DNA of 64,000 nt, from contig NC_057718.1 in the NCBI RefSeq assembly GCF_004010195.1, positions 29,475,206 to 29,539,205 of the forward strand, in the 5' to 3' direction. A model generated the notes under the pieces. The model made no database searches. It saw only the letters and a list, made by a program, of their open reading frames with translations, and had not been told where the DNA came from. Position 1 is the stretch's first letter. Every line of letters begins with the position of its first letter. Positions 14,790 through 28,644 of this stretch are shown piece after piece. The position numbers and the translations under genes were made by a program. This DNA is from Chiloscyllium plagiosum. Its lineage: Eukaryota.

Positions 14790-16200
14790 ACAACTCTGTC
14801 AAGCCCTTCAGAATCTTGTATGCTTCAGTTGGATCACCTCTCATTCTTCTGAACTGCAGACAGCATAGCAACTCACCATAGGACAACTTTGTCAAGCCAC
14901 CAACCAATTGGTATTTCCATCATTGTATTGAGTCCAAGTCAAATTACATACTTCCTTAGATGTAGCAATCAAACTGCACAAAGTATTCTGAGAGATCTGA
15001 CAAAGCGATGGAAGCCTGGGACAAAGTTTATGTGCACTTGGCTCGCAGTTCCCTTGTGATAAAAGCAACATTCCATTTGCCTTCCTAATTGCCTGCTGGA
15101 CCCAGCATGGACCTAAGCTATATATATATAAAGTGAACCACAGTCTCTAAGTTTCAGATCCTTTAAAATATATTCTGTTTTTTGTTTGTAGTATAAAATT
15201 GAATAACACCATGATTTTCCATCTGCTATCTTGCTGTTGACTCAACCTGACATACCTGTATTTCGTTGCAGCCTTTATATCCTCATAGTTTGCACTGCCA
15301 TCTAGCTTTGTATCAGCAGCAAAGTTGGATACATTAATTTAAGCAAAACTTCAACTTCAAAATGCCCCATTTTTCTAGTCACTGTTTCCTGCTTGTTTAC
15401 TCATTCACTAAGCAAGTTAATATATTACCCTGAACTCAGCGAGCTCTTAAATGCATATTAATCTTCTTTGATAACTTAACAAATGCCTTTTACATATCCA
15501 AGCACACTACATCTACTGGTTCCTTTATCATCACTATTGGATTAGATTTTTTTTAGATTATTCCCTACATGATTAGATTCCCTATACTGTTGGCCCAACA
15601 AGTCCATACCATCCCTCTGAACAGTAACCACTCAGACACATTTCTCTACATTTACCCCTGACTAATACCTAACACTATGGGCAATTTAGCGTGGCCAATT
15701 TACCTGACCTGCACATCTTTTGGAATGTGGGGAGGAAACCGGAGCACCCGAAGGAAACCCACGCAGACACTGGGAGAATGCGCAAATTCCACATAGACAG
15801 TCGCCAGAGGCTGGAATCAAACCAGAGTCCCTGGTGCTGTGAGGCAGCAGTGCTAACCACTGAGCCACTGTGCTGCCCTGTTAGTTATGTAGTGATGGCT
15901 AATCAGCTTGTAGTCCCCTGCTTTCCCTTTCCTCCTTCCATTAAATAATGGTGTTACATTTGTTAATTTACAATTTGCTGGAACCATTGTACAATCTGGA
16001 GTATTTGGAAAATATGACCAGTACACCCATTAACTCTGCAGCCCCTTATTTTGTTTTAGAAAGAGTTCAAGGATATAGGGCAACATGTTCTGGTAATTTA
16101 TTGGCTACTACTCCTTTGGACTTTTCCTGTTATCTCTGCTTTACTGATATTAATAACTTTATCTTCCTTACTCTCATCAGGCCCCTGGTTACCCTCAATG
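14790..16200 (-). mobile_element. Old CR1 RT fragment interrupted by an HE1 SINE
   Basis: caaactgcacaaagtattc (EYFVQF), tatcagcagcaaagttg (FAAD-like) and aaatgccttttacatatcc (KAF-like) read on the minus strand. Confidence 0.65.
15540..15878 (-). mobile_element. HE1-type tRNA-derived V-SINE, full length
   Basis: Minus-strand 5' end gggcagcacagTGGCTCAGTGGttagcactgctgcctcacag with B box GGTTTGATTCC; V-domain gtctgcgtgggtttcc..cgggtgctccggtttcctccc; AATCT-type tail. Confidence 0.9.
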
Positions 16201-17535
16201 TTTGGTTGACAATTTATTGTCTCCTGAGCACAAAAACACAATGTTTAGAACATAAGAAATAGGAACAAGATAGACCATGAACTTAGAAATCAGGGAAACA
16301 ACCTCTGAGTTTATGCAAAAGTTAAAAACAAGGTTTCAGTCTTTCTAATGCAGAATTGGTGAAAACAATTGTGTATCCATGACATCAGTTCAGGAGACTG
16401 TGTGTCAACATTGCCGTGAATATCTACTTTATGGTTCAGGTGCTTCAGAATATAAACTTTAAGTCCTTTCATTAAAACAGCAGTTAAAAATGGGATAAGT
16501 GCTGCTGAAGCACCTGGAAGTCAAGTGCAGTTCAAAAATTGGGATCATGTTACCTAAAAAGTTAATAATTAATACGGTAATTAAAATACTGAGTTTTATT
16601 ATCAGAACGCGAAAAGCAAATGAAGGATTGGAAGGTGTACCATGTTTATTTAACAAAATCAACATGGAAGAGACAGAGTTGCAAAAGCAGCAGTTAGACT
16701 TACTTAGCTCAAGGTTTGCTATCTGGAAAGTTTATAGGAATGGTAATGCAGAGAAAGTCAGACCTGAATTAGTTTTAAAACATCCAGCGAACCCTGAAGT
16801 TATGTTAAGGGCATCTTGGAGCATGCTACATCATCATGGAGATGAATTTTGATTTTGGAGGTTTGCTGGTTTCTATATTTCTGGGGTTGTGTGTTGGGAG
16901 AGATCAGGTGTAGGTCAGAGTTGGGAGAGTGCTGAAGCACAAATAGTGGCTCCAGCCTCCAAATGTTTCTGCTGGCAGACAAAAGGCAATTACAGTTCAG
17001 AAGTCATCCCAGAATGTGGCGGCTCATGCTGTGGAGCAAAGTTAGAACTAAGCAGCAGCACTGGGAGACATTCATAGTTTTACTGCAGTTGAAAACGGAG
17101 GCCAAAGAAAACCAAAATGCAGCATTATCTTGATGCAATTGAAAAAGACTGGAGCTTGAAGAATTTTAATAGTAGCTTGGTAAAAATAGCTGTTTGATAA
17201 AAGCTGAAATGATGGTTATAATTAGATATTTGGAAACAGAGTCTTCGGAAGAGAGATTAAACTACCAAAATATAAGCAATCATTGAGGCAACTTGAGTCA
17301 GACAGGCTGTGAGGGAGTTCCAAGTATAGGTCTTTGAAAGTGAAGAATAGGAATCTCTTTGAAGGGAAACAAAGTTTTAATGTGATTTCATGACCAACAG
17401 CATCACCAACATATGGGTGGGATCTGGCTTGATGGCACTGGCAATTTAAAGTGTAGTTTTTGGGGGTATTCAACCAGGATTTGCCCATTTACTGATATCT
17501 GTTTCATTTTAATCTTAAATGTTAAACTACCCCCA

Positions 17536-17633
17536 CATCTAGTCCTGAAGAAGGGTTATACCCGAAACACTGACTTCTCCACCTCATGATGCTGCCTGGC
17601 TTGCTGTGTTCTTCCAGCTTCCTGTTTGTCTAC
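17536..17633 (+). mobile_element. Penelope-like element 3' end with hammerhead-like motif
   Basis: agtcCTGAAGAagggttatacccGAAAcactgact followed by gatgctgcctggcttgctgtgttcttccagc, related to the 58.8-kb PLE terminus. Confidence 0.75.
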
Positions 17634-18049
17634 CAACAATATAAAGCAGCCTTTACACAGTTCAGGAAATGTTCTTTTTACAAAGGGGAAAGGCACCCGC
17701 CCATTTTGCACTAATTCTGACAGAAGAGAGGAGAAAGATCTGGCCAATTGGTATCTTCCTGGCGGCTGGAAGGCTTTCTCTGTGTATTAGGATTCGCACT
17801 GAAGACCCACTTACTAAGCGTCATCATCAGCCAATCAGAGGTACGTATCTTTAGCACTCAGCAGAGATGGAGGCAGTGGTCACATTTCAACAACCTTGAC
17901 CTCAAAGGAAGGGGTTTGGAGTCTCCTGGGGAAATACAGGGCAGGTGTAAGAAGCAACAACAGAGAAGAGCTCCAAGTGGCAAAATCCCAAACTAAATTC
18001 TGTCCAAGCCAATAGTCACCAGACAAGTAACCCAGAGTTCCTTTTGGTT

Positions 18050-18172
18050 TGGGACCATGGTAAAAATCATCTGGCTCACTAATGTTCTTTAGGTTAAGAA
18101 ATCAGCTGTTGTTTGCTGGTCTGACCGAGATGTCTCCAGACCCACACCAAATGGTTGACTCTTAACTGCCCA
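18050..18172 (+). mobile_element. Shark SINE fragment
   Basis: catctggctcactaatgttctttagg...ccagacccacac..aatggttgactcttaactgccc resembles a common elasmobranch SINE body (recalled). Confidence 0.55.
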
Positions 18173-21100
18173 GCAAACAAAAACCACAATTTTAAAAATA
18201 GCAATTTAATGTTTTCATTTCTGCAAATACTAAAGTCATTGCACCCTTATTTACAATGCTGAAGCATCTCGATTGAATGATACTCAGACTTTCTGCAAAA
18301 TACAATATTTGAAAAGTATGCAACATGAGTAATATATACTATCATAAAACATCAAAGCTTCAGGAAGCATTCAGGACATTATTACCACTTACTTTTTAAT
18401 CTATCTCTAGTTTTATTAGCAATCCTATTTTTTGCAACCTGACAACTCAAATGACAAAAATGCAAATGTCGAAGTATGCATTCACAGAATCAAATTCCAA
18501 ATTGGCAGTTTTATTAATTTTACTTTTCCTGATGGGCATAATTGCATTAGTATGTAGTCGACTCGTAAAGAGAATGCTACACAGAGGTAATGCTTTTAAT
18601 TCCTGCCTCAAATCAAGGATGCAGGAGGAATGCAGGAATTATAAATGTAGTGTGCCATTAGGTGTTTGCATTTGGTAGCCTGTACATATCTCTTTTTGTG
18701 ACCACATACCTGGGGTTAATTTGTTATTTCACTGTAAGCGACATAACGATAAAAATTTGCAAAAGAAAATGTTCATCCTTTCATTATTAATAATGAGCCA
18801 AAGTCTTCCTTCCCCTATGATCAGAATTGTCTTACCCTCTTGGCTGGAGAAGAATATGCAGTGATAATTAAAAAAATAAAACTACTGCCTCAGTAACATT
18901 TAAAAAAAAAACAGGCTACACTGTCATTAAGCATTTGTTCAGGCAACCTATTAAACATTGCAAAATAAAAAAAGTCTCAATTCCAAAAATGAAATAACTA
19001 AATTGGATCATTACAATCTAAACACAGTGCTATTCTTCCGTATAAACGGGGCTTCACATGATAGATATGTACCTTATACCCTTCCCAAGCCATGTTTACA
19101 GTACAGTGAGTGGAACCCTACTGAGACATTCAAATTTTTGTCACTCTGTATGAAGACAAAATTATAGGTTAATTTTTTATCTGTGAATAGATGTGCAACT
19201 AAATAAAAGCAACAGACTAGACAAACAATAGAGCACTGCCGTGAAAAGCTTACAGCTGCTATTCAACAGCTTAGTCTCCATTTGCTTGGTGGTGACGAAG
19301 TTTACAATGGAAAAGCAAGAGACAGTTCACTTTTATATAAGAAAACATTGTGGACTGTTGATTTTAATTGCCATGTAGTGTGGTAACGTTATGTTAAAAG
19401 CTTCAGTTAAGTGGCAATTCATGACAGGCTTACTGATTGAAAAGCTTGTCTTTTGAAGCTGAAAACTTCAGAGAAAGGAGCAAAATAAAAATGGGTTGGG
19501 AGGCAGGGTGAAAAGAAAAAGACTGGAGGCAAAAAAAGACACTTGTGTAACAAATCCCAATCGGCAAATCTAAACCAGATGTTAGTGTACAGGGAAATCA
19601 ATTCTACACGGTACAATCAGCTTTGCACAATCATACATTTAAAAGGACTGGCTCTTTACTGAGCTAAATGTTTCTCTGTTCATTAGACATAATGAGGAAT
19701 CTTCAAGGAGACTGGTGTTGCAATTACAACTAATCCTCAAAAAATTAACTGTGTTGAAGGCTTTATAATTTCCCTAGGTACAATTTAGCTGTCACTTACT
19801 TTAAAATTTACTCAAACACGCTTTCGAAATAGCTGTAACTTCACATGTCAAGTGCTTTCCAACCAATTAAGTCTAACTGGAAGTCACTGTTAAACAACTG
19901 AATGACTAGACAAGATAGCTCATTTCCCTGCTCTTTTGTTCGGAATAATATGCTGCATTTACATTATCAGCCTCAACAGGATTTTCTGACAGGGACAGAA
20001 AAAATTGCTAACGCTGTCCATGCTAAGCACATGAAGCCTGTCATTTACCAATCATCCTTCAAAATGCAATAGCCATGAATGCAACTTAATTACAACCCAA
20101 TGATCCTTGACGAAAAATCATCTTATCAGTGTCCTGTCTCCGCAAAGCAAATGAACTACTTTTGTCCTTCATCGTTGGTGATGCTAAAATCATAATGGAA
20201 AAAAAAGGAGTTTGAAAAATAAGGCAAGCTACACAGAAGTCTTTACTATCCTTAGAATACAGTATAAAATAGGGTGAGAGGAAACATGCTTCAGGTAACC
20301 AACTTTTAAAAATTCTGTACTGTGACTCTTAGGATAAACATCACAAATTTTAAGCTTAAAGATCGAATGTTTTCAGTTTGAAATTCTTTGGTCTGAAAAA
20401 TAGCTGTCTCTGGTCAAAATATGCAAGGTGGATAAAGACTCACGAAACATCAACAAGATATTTACAATAACACTTCGTTCTTAATCAGCTGTACCTAATA
20501 GTTGTGTTCATTTGTGAGAAGTTGGGTGTCCCTTTTAATTTTTTATCTTTGCATTTACTCTTTCCCCACCCCTCCCCCATCAAAATATTTCGTTAGCAAC
20601 TACTTAAATATAAAGCCCCATTCTCAAAACAATACCTTGAATGGCACAATAATTTTACTCAGTATACCTCACAGAGCAGAGCAAGCTCAATTGTTTACAT
20701 TCTGAATTGACACTTCAATCATGCTCCTTGAAGTGCTGAGCTGACAAGTTTGACAATCTGAAAAGCTAATTAAGGACAGGAATGCCTGAGCTGAAGAATA
20801 GAACACCTCTGCACTTTGTATACACTAAGCACTCCTAGAACAGAGAAGTGAGCAGTAATCCTGACCATTTCCCTAATGTATCTCAAAACCCCCAATTTAG
20901 CAAAACACCTGTTTTTGACCTAGTACCATATTTATATGTTCAGTTCTTTGCCCCATCAAACTAGGATTCTCTCAATGGATGCTTTATTCTTTATAAAATA
21001 CAACCTTAATCTCCTAATGAAATGTCAGCAAGTGTGCTTGTTGTAGAATACAAACTGGGACAGAATGTAGTTTGACTGCAGTTCAAAATGAGTTAGTTGG

Positions 21101-23505
21101 ATGAGAAGTCTGAGCATTCTCAGATCAAAAGATTAATCAAGGTTTCTGCTGATTATTTCTATCAGGAAAGTTAAATTAAAAGGGCTGGGTTAATTATGAT
21201 ATCGCTAGTAGTTGATAGCCTCACAACACAGTCCGCGCTAAGAACAGCCAGTTGAATAAAATGCAACAACATCAATTGTACATCAAACTATGGCAGCATC
21301 TTAAGACAAAGGCAAGTTGTAAAGCATACAAAACAGAATACATTCAGGGTACTTGTTGAGTTGATTACATGGAATGGTGGTTTTATTCCTGCAAGAGGTT
21401 CATCCAGAATGTGCAACTGTGCATGTAAGATTTGTCTTTCCAAGATATTTGATACTGATTGATACAGACTGTAGGCCATTCCTTTCTGCTGTCATTCCTG
21501 AAACTCCCGTCCAATAGGCATAAATAGCAATTAAGACTAAGTTTAACATCTTGTGACATAGCAATATAGAAATAAAAAAAAAGTCTCAATTTGTCGAGCT
21601 CAGTTCACTTATGCTGATCAGCAATAGTCCTCAAAAATATTTCAAGAATGTGGCCACTAATGCACATTTGTGCAATTTAGGAAAAAAAGGAGTGTTGATG
21701 ACAACACAAGGGGAACCATCTTGAAGGAGTTTCTGAACCTGGCAGTATGCAAAGAAGTTGAATTAACGTTAGTGGATACTATCATTAATGCAGAGTGGTT
21801 CAACGATCATGTCATGTCAATTGTATATGTAAATTTGACTGTTCTGCACTGTTAGACTTGGAAATGTACAAGTTGGTTTCCTCTCATGTTGTCATAAGAT
21901 GTCACCCTTTAAATTAATATTCAAAGAGAAACTGAATGAAAATCCAAAATATTCATTTCTAAATGTTAAGTGAAGTTTTGAAGATCAAATAATTGAATCA
22001 AATTTCACTTCAAATAAATATTTGTAAGTTACAACACAAGATTACATTAAATTAAATAATTATTCTTGCTTAGAACATAAAAATAGAACCAGACACTGCA
22101 AACCATAATGTTATCAGTTATTTGCACAATTGCTGCGTGTAAAGTATCTGACCTGTTCTTTTAGCTCAAGAATAATTAAATACATATTTGAAAGATCTTT
22201 TCAAAAATCTTTCCAATGATTCGTTAAATGAATAATTGACATCAGCAAATTTAGATTAAATTTTCTACATGAGAGAATTATAAATTTTGTACAGAAATAG
22301 ACCAAAAATAAAATACTGGAGAAACTAGAGTTCACAGATCACCAGGCTGTCTCTGGATCACTCCTACATTTAATAGTACTTTCCATACAGTCATGAATAG
22401 ACAGAACCTGTCAACTTTTCACAAACATATGGAGTTTGAATGTGTATGGTGGAGAGTGGAGAGAGAAGGTATTTATCATATAGGGTGGTGTGGGGCTTGT
22501 GTGTGTGCAAAAACTTAGGGAAAAAACCTCAAAGCATTTCAAAGACACAGAGTATTATACTGAAACCAGACAAAAACGATTCAGGCAAACTAAGGTTTGA
22601 TCAAAACATTTTGAATATTTGGTCTTAAAAAGAAAGTATCAAGACAGGGTGCTTCAAGTTTATGAAATTTTAAAAAGTGGGACCAGAACAATTGAAGTCA
22701 TAGGAGGCAATGGTGCAGATGTACAAGCAACTAGAGTCACAGGACTGAAGAATATGCATGCGTTGGAGAAGTTTCATAGACAAGGACCAAAATTGCCATC
22801 CACATGTTTCAATTACGAGGCAGAGAGGCCAAGAGCCATAAACCACAAGAGAGACAACAGGTTTGGGATCGGCTACCAATAGCATTAGGTAGCTGTCTGA
22901 TGGGAGACAAAAAAAAAGTAACCCCATCCTCAGCTCAGTACTAAACCAGATACTGTGGTTGTGATCAGTCTGCTTCAAACCAAAATGTCGTTAACAGTGA
23001 AGATATAGTTGATGGCTGGAATAAAAATTATGGCTTTGACCTGTCAATTATTTAGCTGGAAAACATTACAGCTGATCCAGGATGTGATTGTTTGCAGCAC
23101 AAATGGTCAACATCTATAAAGGGAAGAGTTGGGAGTCACTGGCATGCATGTGTTTACAGTATCACAACTGATGATGCAACTCAGTTTTAAGAATTAAGGA
23201 AGAGTTGAATGCAAGTTCCAAAACCAAGCAATTAACTGTTTTTAAGTACACTACAGAAGGGAATTGAAGTGAGGTTTGCCAATGTATAACCAACTACAGG
23301 GAATCTAGACTGGAGGTGAATGGCCTACTTCTGCTCCTATGCTATCATGAAGTTATACTGCATTACGAATCATTCAGACAATAAAGCTTCTCATAAAAAT
23401 TAGAGTATTTTGTAAAATAAGCACAAACTATATGAAAGGAGTGCCCTCGATTCAGAAGAATATCTAGTTTGTTGCTTTTGGGAAATCTTGGATTTTTCCA
23501 CTTAC

Positions 23506-23713
23506 TGATCAAGATGGACTCCGATCAATGGTGAACAGAGGTTGGCAGTTGGCTTAGCCAAGCCCAAATTGACAATGGATTCAAGTAGCTGTTTCACTGC
23601 ATCTGCTTCTCCTTTCAAGGCAACAGCAGTCAGAATATGGAAGAACGAAGTGGTGGTTGTATCTCTTAGAGCAACCTCTTTCTCTTTCATTTCCTTTAGG
23701 ATTAAAATAGCAT
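23506..23713 (-). CDS. LRPPRC: LRPPRC exon (about exon 23), 208 nt
   Basis: [70 protein letters not shown]; ttgtag acceptor, GTAAGT donor. Confidence 0.96.
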
Positions 23714-24813
23714 CTACAATGCAAAACAAAAAGTTCCCAGACAAAATTTATTTCAAAGGAAAAACAAACTGCCTTTTTTTCAAAAATGGCATTTTAACTG
23801 AGCAAGAATGCAAATTCTGGAGTATAATGCAGATTTCAAGTTAATTACTACTTGTATATCTATGCGAGACTACAATTATACACCACAATGGCATGATTTT
23901 ATCATTTCTCTGCCACTGCGACTACAAATTATAGGCAGTATCTGTGTGCCCACTCTGCACTGTATAACCCTGCACAGCCTGCCCTGTAGCTGCACAATCT
24001 CAGTAAATGGATGCTTTTATCCTTCAATGATAGCATCTGCTAAATCACACCATTGTTTCTCTAGCAGATGGTTTGTCACGAGGCCAGATAATTAAGATGT
24101 GTTTACACTGTATTTACATCTAGACTAATGGCTTGATACCGATACAGCCTGTTTGCAGAGCCGATACTAATTATCCAGTCTTAGCGAAGGAAAGCTTTCT
24201 AACAGTCTACCATAAAAAAAGGTTTGATAATCTGAACAAATTAGTTTTCCTTACGGAATAGATCAAGTCCCTTCTCTTATTTCAACAGCTTGGCTTTTAG
24301 CTGCTAATCCAAATGACTAAATTATTTCAAAATATTTTAAGTTTCATATATAATTCTGAAATTAAACTAAACATTTATTTCCCAATAGCACGTTAAAACT
24401 GTTGTGAAAATGTTGTACAACTTCATATTCAAGTTATTGTACACTGCCATACTAAAACAAAAATAAAAACCATTAGTAGAGGCACAGGAGGCAATCTATG
24501 CCACTAGTCATGTTCCTCAAACTTTGAATGGCTATGCTAACAAAAAGAGCTTCAAACAAAAAGCAAATGCACTGAGCTGTGCAAAATATAAATGACAAGC
24601 TTGCCAAGCCATTATAACTACTGTAATGGGTTGCACTGTCCAGCACTTTTACTTGAATTCATATGAAAATTAGCATGCACAATGCTTTAATATAATCTTT
24701 GAACACAGGATATATACCAGCAAAATAAAGTCAAATTCTCCTTTCGGAGGTGTAGATGCTTAATTGCCATTTTTCTTGAAAAACTAATTATTTTATAGGA
24801 GCAGTCAGCTTAC

Positions 24814-24899
24814 CTTCTAGTCTACCATGCTTGGCTAAGACCCTCACAAGTGCCAAGTACTTATTTATGTCAAGGACAGCCGAGGAATCTTTACGGTCC
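24814..24899 (-). CDS. LRPPRC: LRPPRC exon (about exon 22), 86 nt
   Basis: [30 protein letters not shown] acceptor, GTAAGC donor. Confidence 0.95.
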
Positions 24900-25172
24900 C
24901 TTAAATTTTAGAATAAGGAGGAGGAAAGAAAGGTTATTTTTTTCACAATTGAACAGAACATTATTTTGTTCTTCAAATGCTGCAGTGGTGCAATGCTCAA
25001 CTTCATGCTATATAAAATCAATATGTAGCAACTCTCACTTTTGATTTAGCCATGGTCCAGGCACCGATAAATATTTTATGAAGGGGGTTTGAAGATTACT
25101 ACCTGTTTAATTCAGGAAGGTCCATAGATCAGCATAAATTAAACTGACATATTTCTGCACTAGTGTACTTAC

Positions 25173-25303
25173 ACTTCTTGTTTAAGGTTCACTGCCTCTT
25201 CTGCATTATCGTGTCGACAGCAAAGATTTATTAGTGCAGCGTAGCCACCGATAGCCATGTCCGATTCATATTGAGTTTTCACTTCAAGAGCTTTTTGCAT
25301 ATT
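25173..25303 (-). CDS. LRPPRC: LRPPRC exon (about exon 21), 131 nt
   Basis: [44 protein letters not shown]; cttttag acceptor, GTAAGT donor. Confidence 0.96.
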
Positions 25304-26799
25304 CTAAAAGGAGAATGAGAAAACTGTTCTGCTGAAGGCAGACTGAACTGTATAAGATAACTAAGATTTCCTCTCACCAGAACTTCAAAAGCTGTTGTTG
25401 CACTTTTCATGACTATTCAGTATGCTTAATTGGTATATAGGTGGATTTGCATACCATCATTAAGAATGGTGGCTGCTAAAACAAATGAAAAAGATAATTT
25501 TTCACTGGGAATTAAGGACCTAGAAAACAAAACATTTAAGCAATGGAGTAAAAAGCAAATTGGTTTGTATATCTCAATATACTGATAATAAAATTAAATA
25601 ACGATTTTCAATGTAATGAACAGAACATTATATCTCCCAACAAACTGACTTTCGCTTGCTTTAGTTTAAACACAAAAAATTAGCATGCAATACACATAAT
25701 ATTTACTAAATTCTTGATAGGTTACAATTTCTGACACAGCTGTTCACTGTTTATGTTCATGGGAACATCATAATCAGTAACAAAAATGCAGATGGTTATA
25801 ATAACCTTAGTAATGCTTTTAGAGGGAGTTAATGATGAAAGATTAGCATCTTTTACGGGAACAAAGGTGTGGGGAAAAAATTTAAAATAAATAAAATTAA
25901 ATAGTTGTTGACAAGTCCAAGAAATCAGTAGCAGTGGTGTACCTGCAAGATGGGGATAACTCAGGTCATGAGAACACTAAGAAAAAGCTACAGGAAAACA
26001 CATTAAAAGTATGCCAAGAACCAAGCATCACCTGAGTGACACATACTCAAAAACATTAACGAAGTAATTGCCTAAAGCAATCAGGTCAGCACTCTGCTGA
26101 ACTAGTTCTATCAACCAGACCAGCAGAAGCAAAAGTAACCTCAGTATCCAAAGATTTAGAAGCAGGGTGAAATCTATTCAGTGGACAGTTTTCCTGACTG
26201 CCATTTTGTGATTTCTGTAGAAAACTTTTGCAGTGTAAGCACGAAATTAGATTTAGCTGTAATGTTACTCCAAATAACACCACCTCACCATTTCCCTTTT
26301 TGAATAACATGCCAACACCCACTGACAAAGTTTGCACATGAATAATGCTCACTCTGACTATAAGTGACTCAACTCCTGAGTAATTATATCCAAAGAAGTC
26401 AGTATCTTTGTAAAATGGTGAGAAAACTACAACAAAAAAAAACAGGTAACAATGCATGGATTTTGTGTTTCTAGCTGCACTGCATATTTTAAAAGAAGCT
26501 CTCAAAATTTAGTGCACATTTGTAAGGAAAGAAAGGTTAAGATTTTAGTGTTAATCTTAACTAAGGCTGCACACTGGAAATCAAGCCATATTATTTCTTA
26601 AGTCGTCACAAAAGTAAAAGATTTTATCCAGTTCTCCAGAATTCCCTGGACCCAGACAGCACAGACTAGATCCTGGCACTAAGTATTACAAATAAATAGA
26701 TGTGTGTTACAGAAAAGAAAATAAACCATTAACCACAAAACTCTATAGTTAAATTCTAATACCCTTATAAATTCCTCCTTACACACGCAGGCAGGAAAT

Positions 26800-27430
26800 A
26801 TCACATGGGTGTTATGGGTGGCATAGAATTTAAAAGCAAAGGGGTTATGTTGGAACTGCATAAAAAGTTGGTTAGGTCACAACTAGAGTATTTTCGCAAG
26901 GCTTTTGATAAGTTCTTGGGCTTGAATCCACATAGGAGGGAATTGATTGCAATGAAAAGGGTACAGAGGAGATTTACTAGGATATGACCTAGATTGGACA
27001 GTTTTCGTTACAAAAATAGATCGGACATACTGGGATTGATTTTCTTGGAGCAGATGAGATCGAGGAGGAGAGGACATAACTGAGATGTATAAAATTGTGA
27101 GAGGCATAGACAGGAATAAATATCTCCCCTTGGCAGAGGGATGAATGACCAGGGTTACAGATTTAAAGGTCCGATGCAGGAGGTTTAGCAGAGATATGAG
27201 GAAAAATGCTTTCAATCCAGAGGGTGATGGAATCTGAAACTCGCTAGTTCTAAGGGTGTAGAGACAGAAAACCTCATAACATTTAAGTAGTTAAATGCAC
27301 AATTGCTATGCCAAGGCATACAAAGCTATGGGACAAGTGCTTGAAAATGGGAGTAGAACAGTTAGAAAGGTGCCACTCAATGGGCCGAGGAGCCTTTTTC
27401 AGTGCTGTAGAGCTCTAATGATTACATGAC
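26800..27430 (+). mobile_element. CR1 3' fragment
   Basis: GIEFKSKGVMLELHKKLVRSQLEY...RVQRRFTR plus CR1 3' UTR. Confidence 0.85.
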
Positions 27431-28644
27431 ACCATTTACATTGACTGATTACTCTTACACAGAATATGCTCCTCACTGCTGCAAATTATAAAGTACTTCA
27501 CTGTGAAAACAATCCCAAATGTAACATCATTTTTCTTTAAACGTTCTCCTTGAGACAGTGAATTATGTGAAGAATGACATTACAGGAGGCTCAAGCTAGG
27601 GCATGAACATTTTACAGACAGTTCTACCTAATAAACCAAAGTTGAAACATTTACCAATGTTTTGCTTTATTGATAACGTTGAAACTAATTAGGATTTACC
27701 AACAATTACTTTTCTGAAACTGACTGTCTGGCATTAACATGCGTGCAACTGAAGGTGGACATCCACAAGTTGTTCTCATTGATATACTTCCTGGTAGCAT
27801 GTGCTCTTGAAAGAACTCCAGATTGTAATCAGGTACTGAAAACTGAGTTGAGGTGGCCTCTCAAGCTTGTTCTGCCAATCTAGATAATGGCTGACACTGA
27901 ACTCAATACCATTTTCCTCTTCTACCTTCATCTCTCTATATCAACTAATCTAGAAGTCTATTGATCTTTAACTTGAATGTACCGCATTACACATTTTTAT
28001 TTAAGAGTTATGTTCAAATGGTTTAAAATCTTCAACATATGCAGTTTGAAAAGAGATTTCACAATGTAATTTATTAGAAATCAAGCAAATACTTAAATTA
28101 GTGCTATGTACTGGAAAACAACAATGCTTCAAGTCTCTGCTTTCCAAAGATTTTGAAGAAGATTAGAGGTTTATGGTTTTAAGTGCTAGCCAAACTTGGT
28201 TTACAAGAGATAGGACTTGTGTTGAAGGGTTGCCTATGAATATTCTGCTGGACTCTTCTGTCTTTCTAGTGTGCCACTGGAGGGGAAAATGTCAAAAGGC
28301 TACGGTTGAAAATATCTCTCTATACTGAAGTAGTAAGAAGAAACTCTGCAGAGGAACAAGCTGCATAGATCTCTTACTGAAGTATTTCTGGGAACCTGAA
28401 AAAGTTCCAGTTATCTGAAGTATCTCTACTTCATTGACACTTAAAGAAAAACTATTATCTCGAATCAAAGACTCAAGTCTAACTGACTTATTGCCGAATG
28501 TGATACTGACTCTGCAACACAAGTATTTTCATGTCTTTGACAGGAAATTTGAGGAACCACATTAAACCATCCCATGTTATCGCAAACCCTTTAGTCACCA
28601 GGATCTTTTTTCACTTCTGCTTTTGTAAAAAGCCCATTTCAACT

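Noticed and set aside
15790..15878. tRNA gene (A and B boxes)
   Set aside because: It is the tRNA-derived head of an HE1 SINE, continuing into the V-domain and tail; the same holds at 37.9 and 33.4 kb
16260..17520. Possible nested gene or LTR (ORF 16499-16852)
   Set aside because: No recognisable domain, splice pattern, termini or TSD; possibly an unclassified repeat
22560..23345. ORFs 22619-22882 and 22670-22978
   Set aside because: No family motif; adjacent sequence looks like a very old LINE ending in a CR1 tail, too degraded to call
28130..28620. Possible processed pseudogene or decayed coding sequence
   Set aside because: Looks codon-like but has multiple stops and no recognisable protein motif
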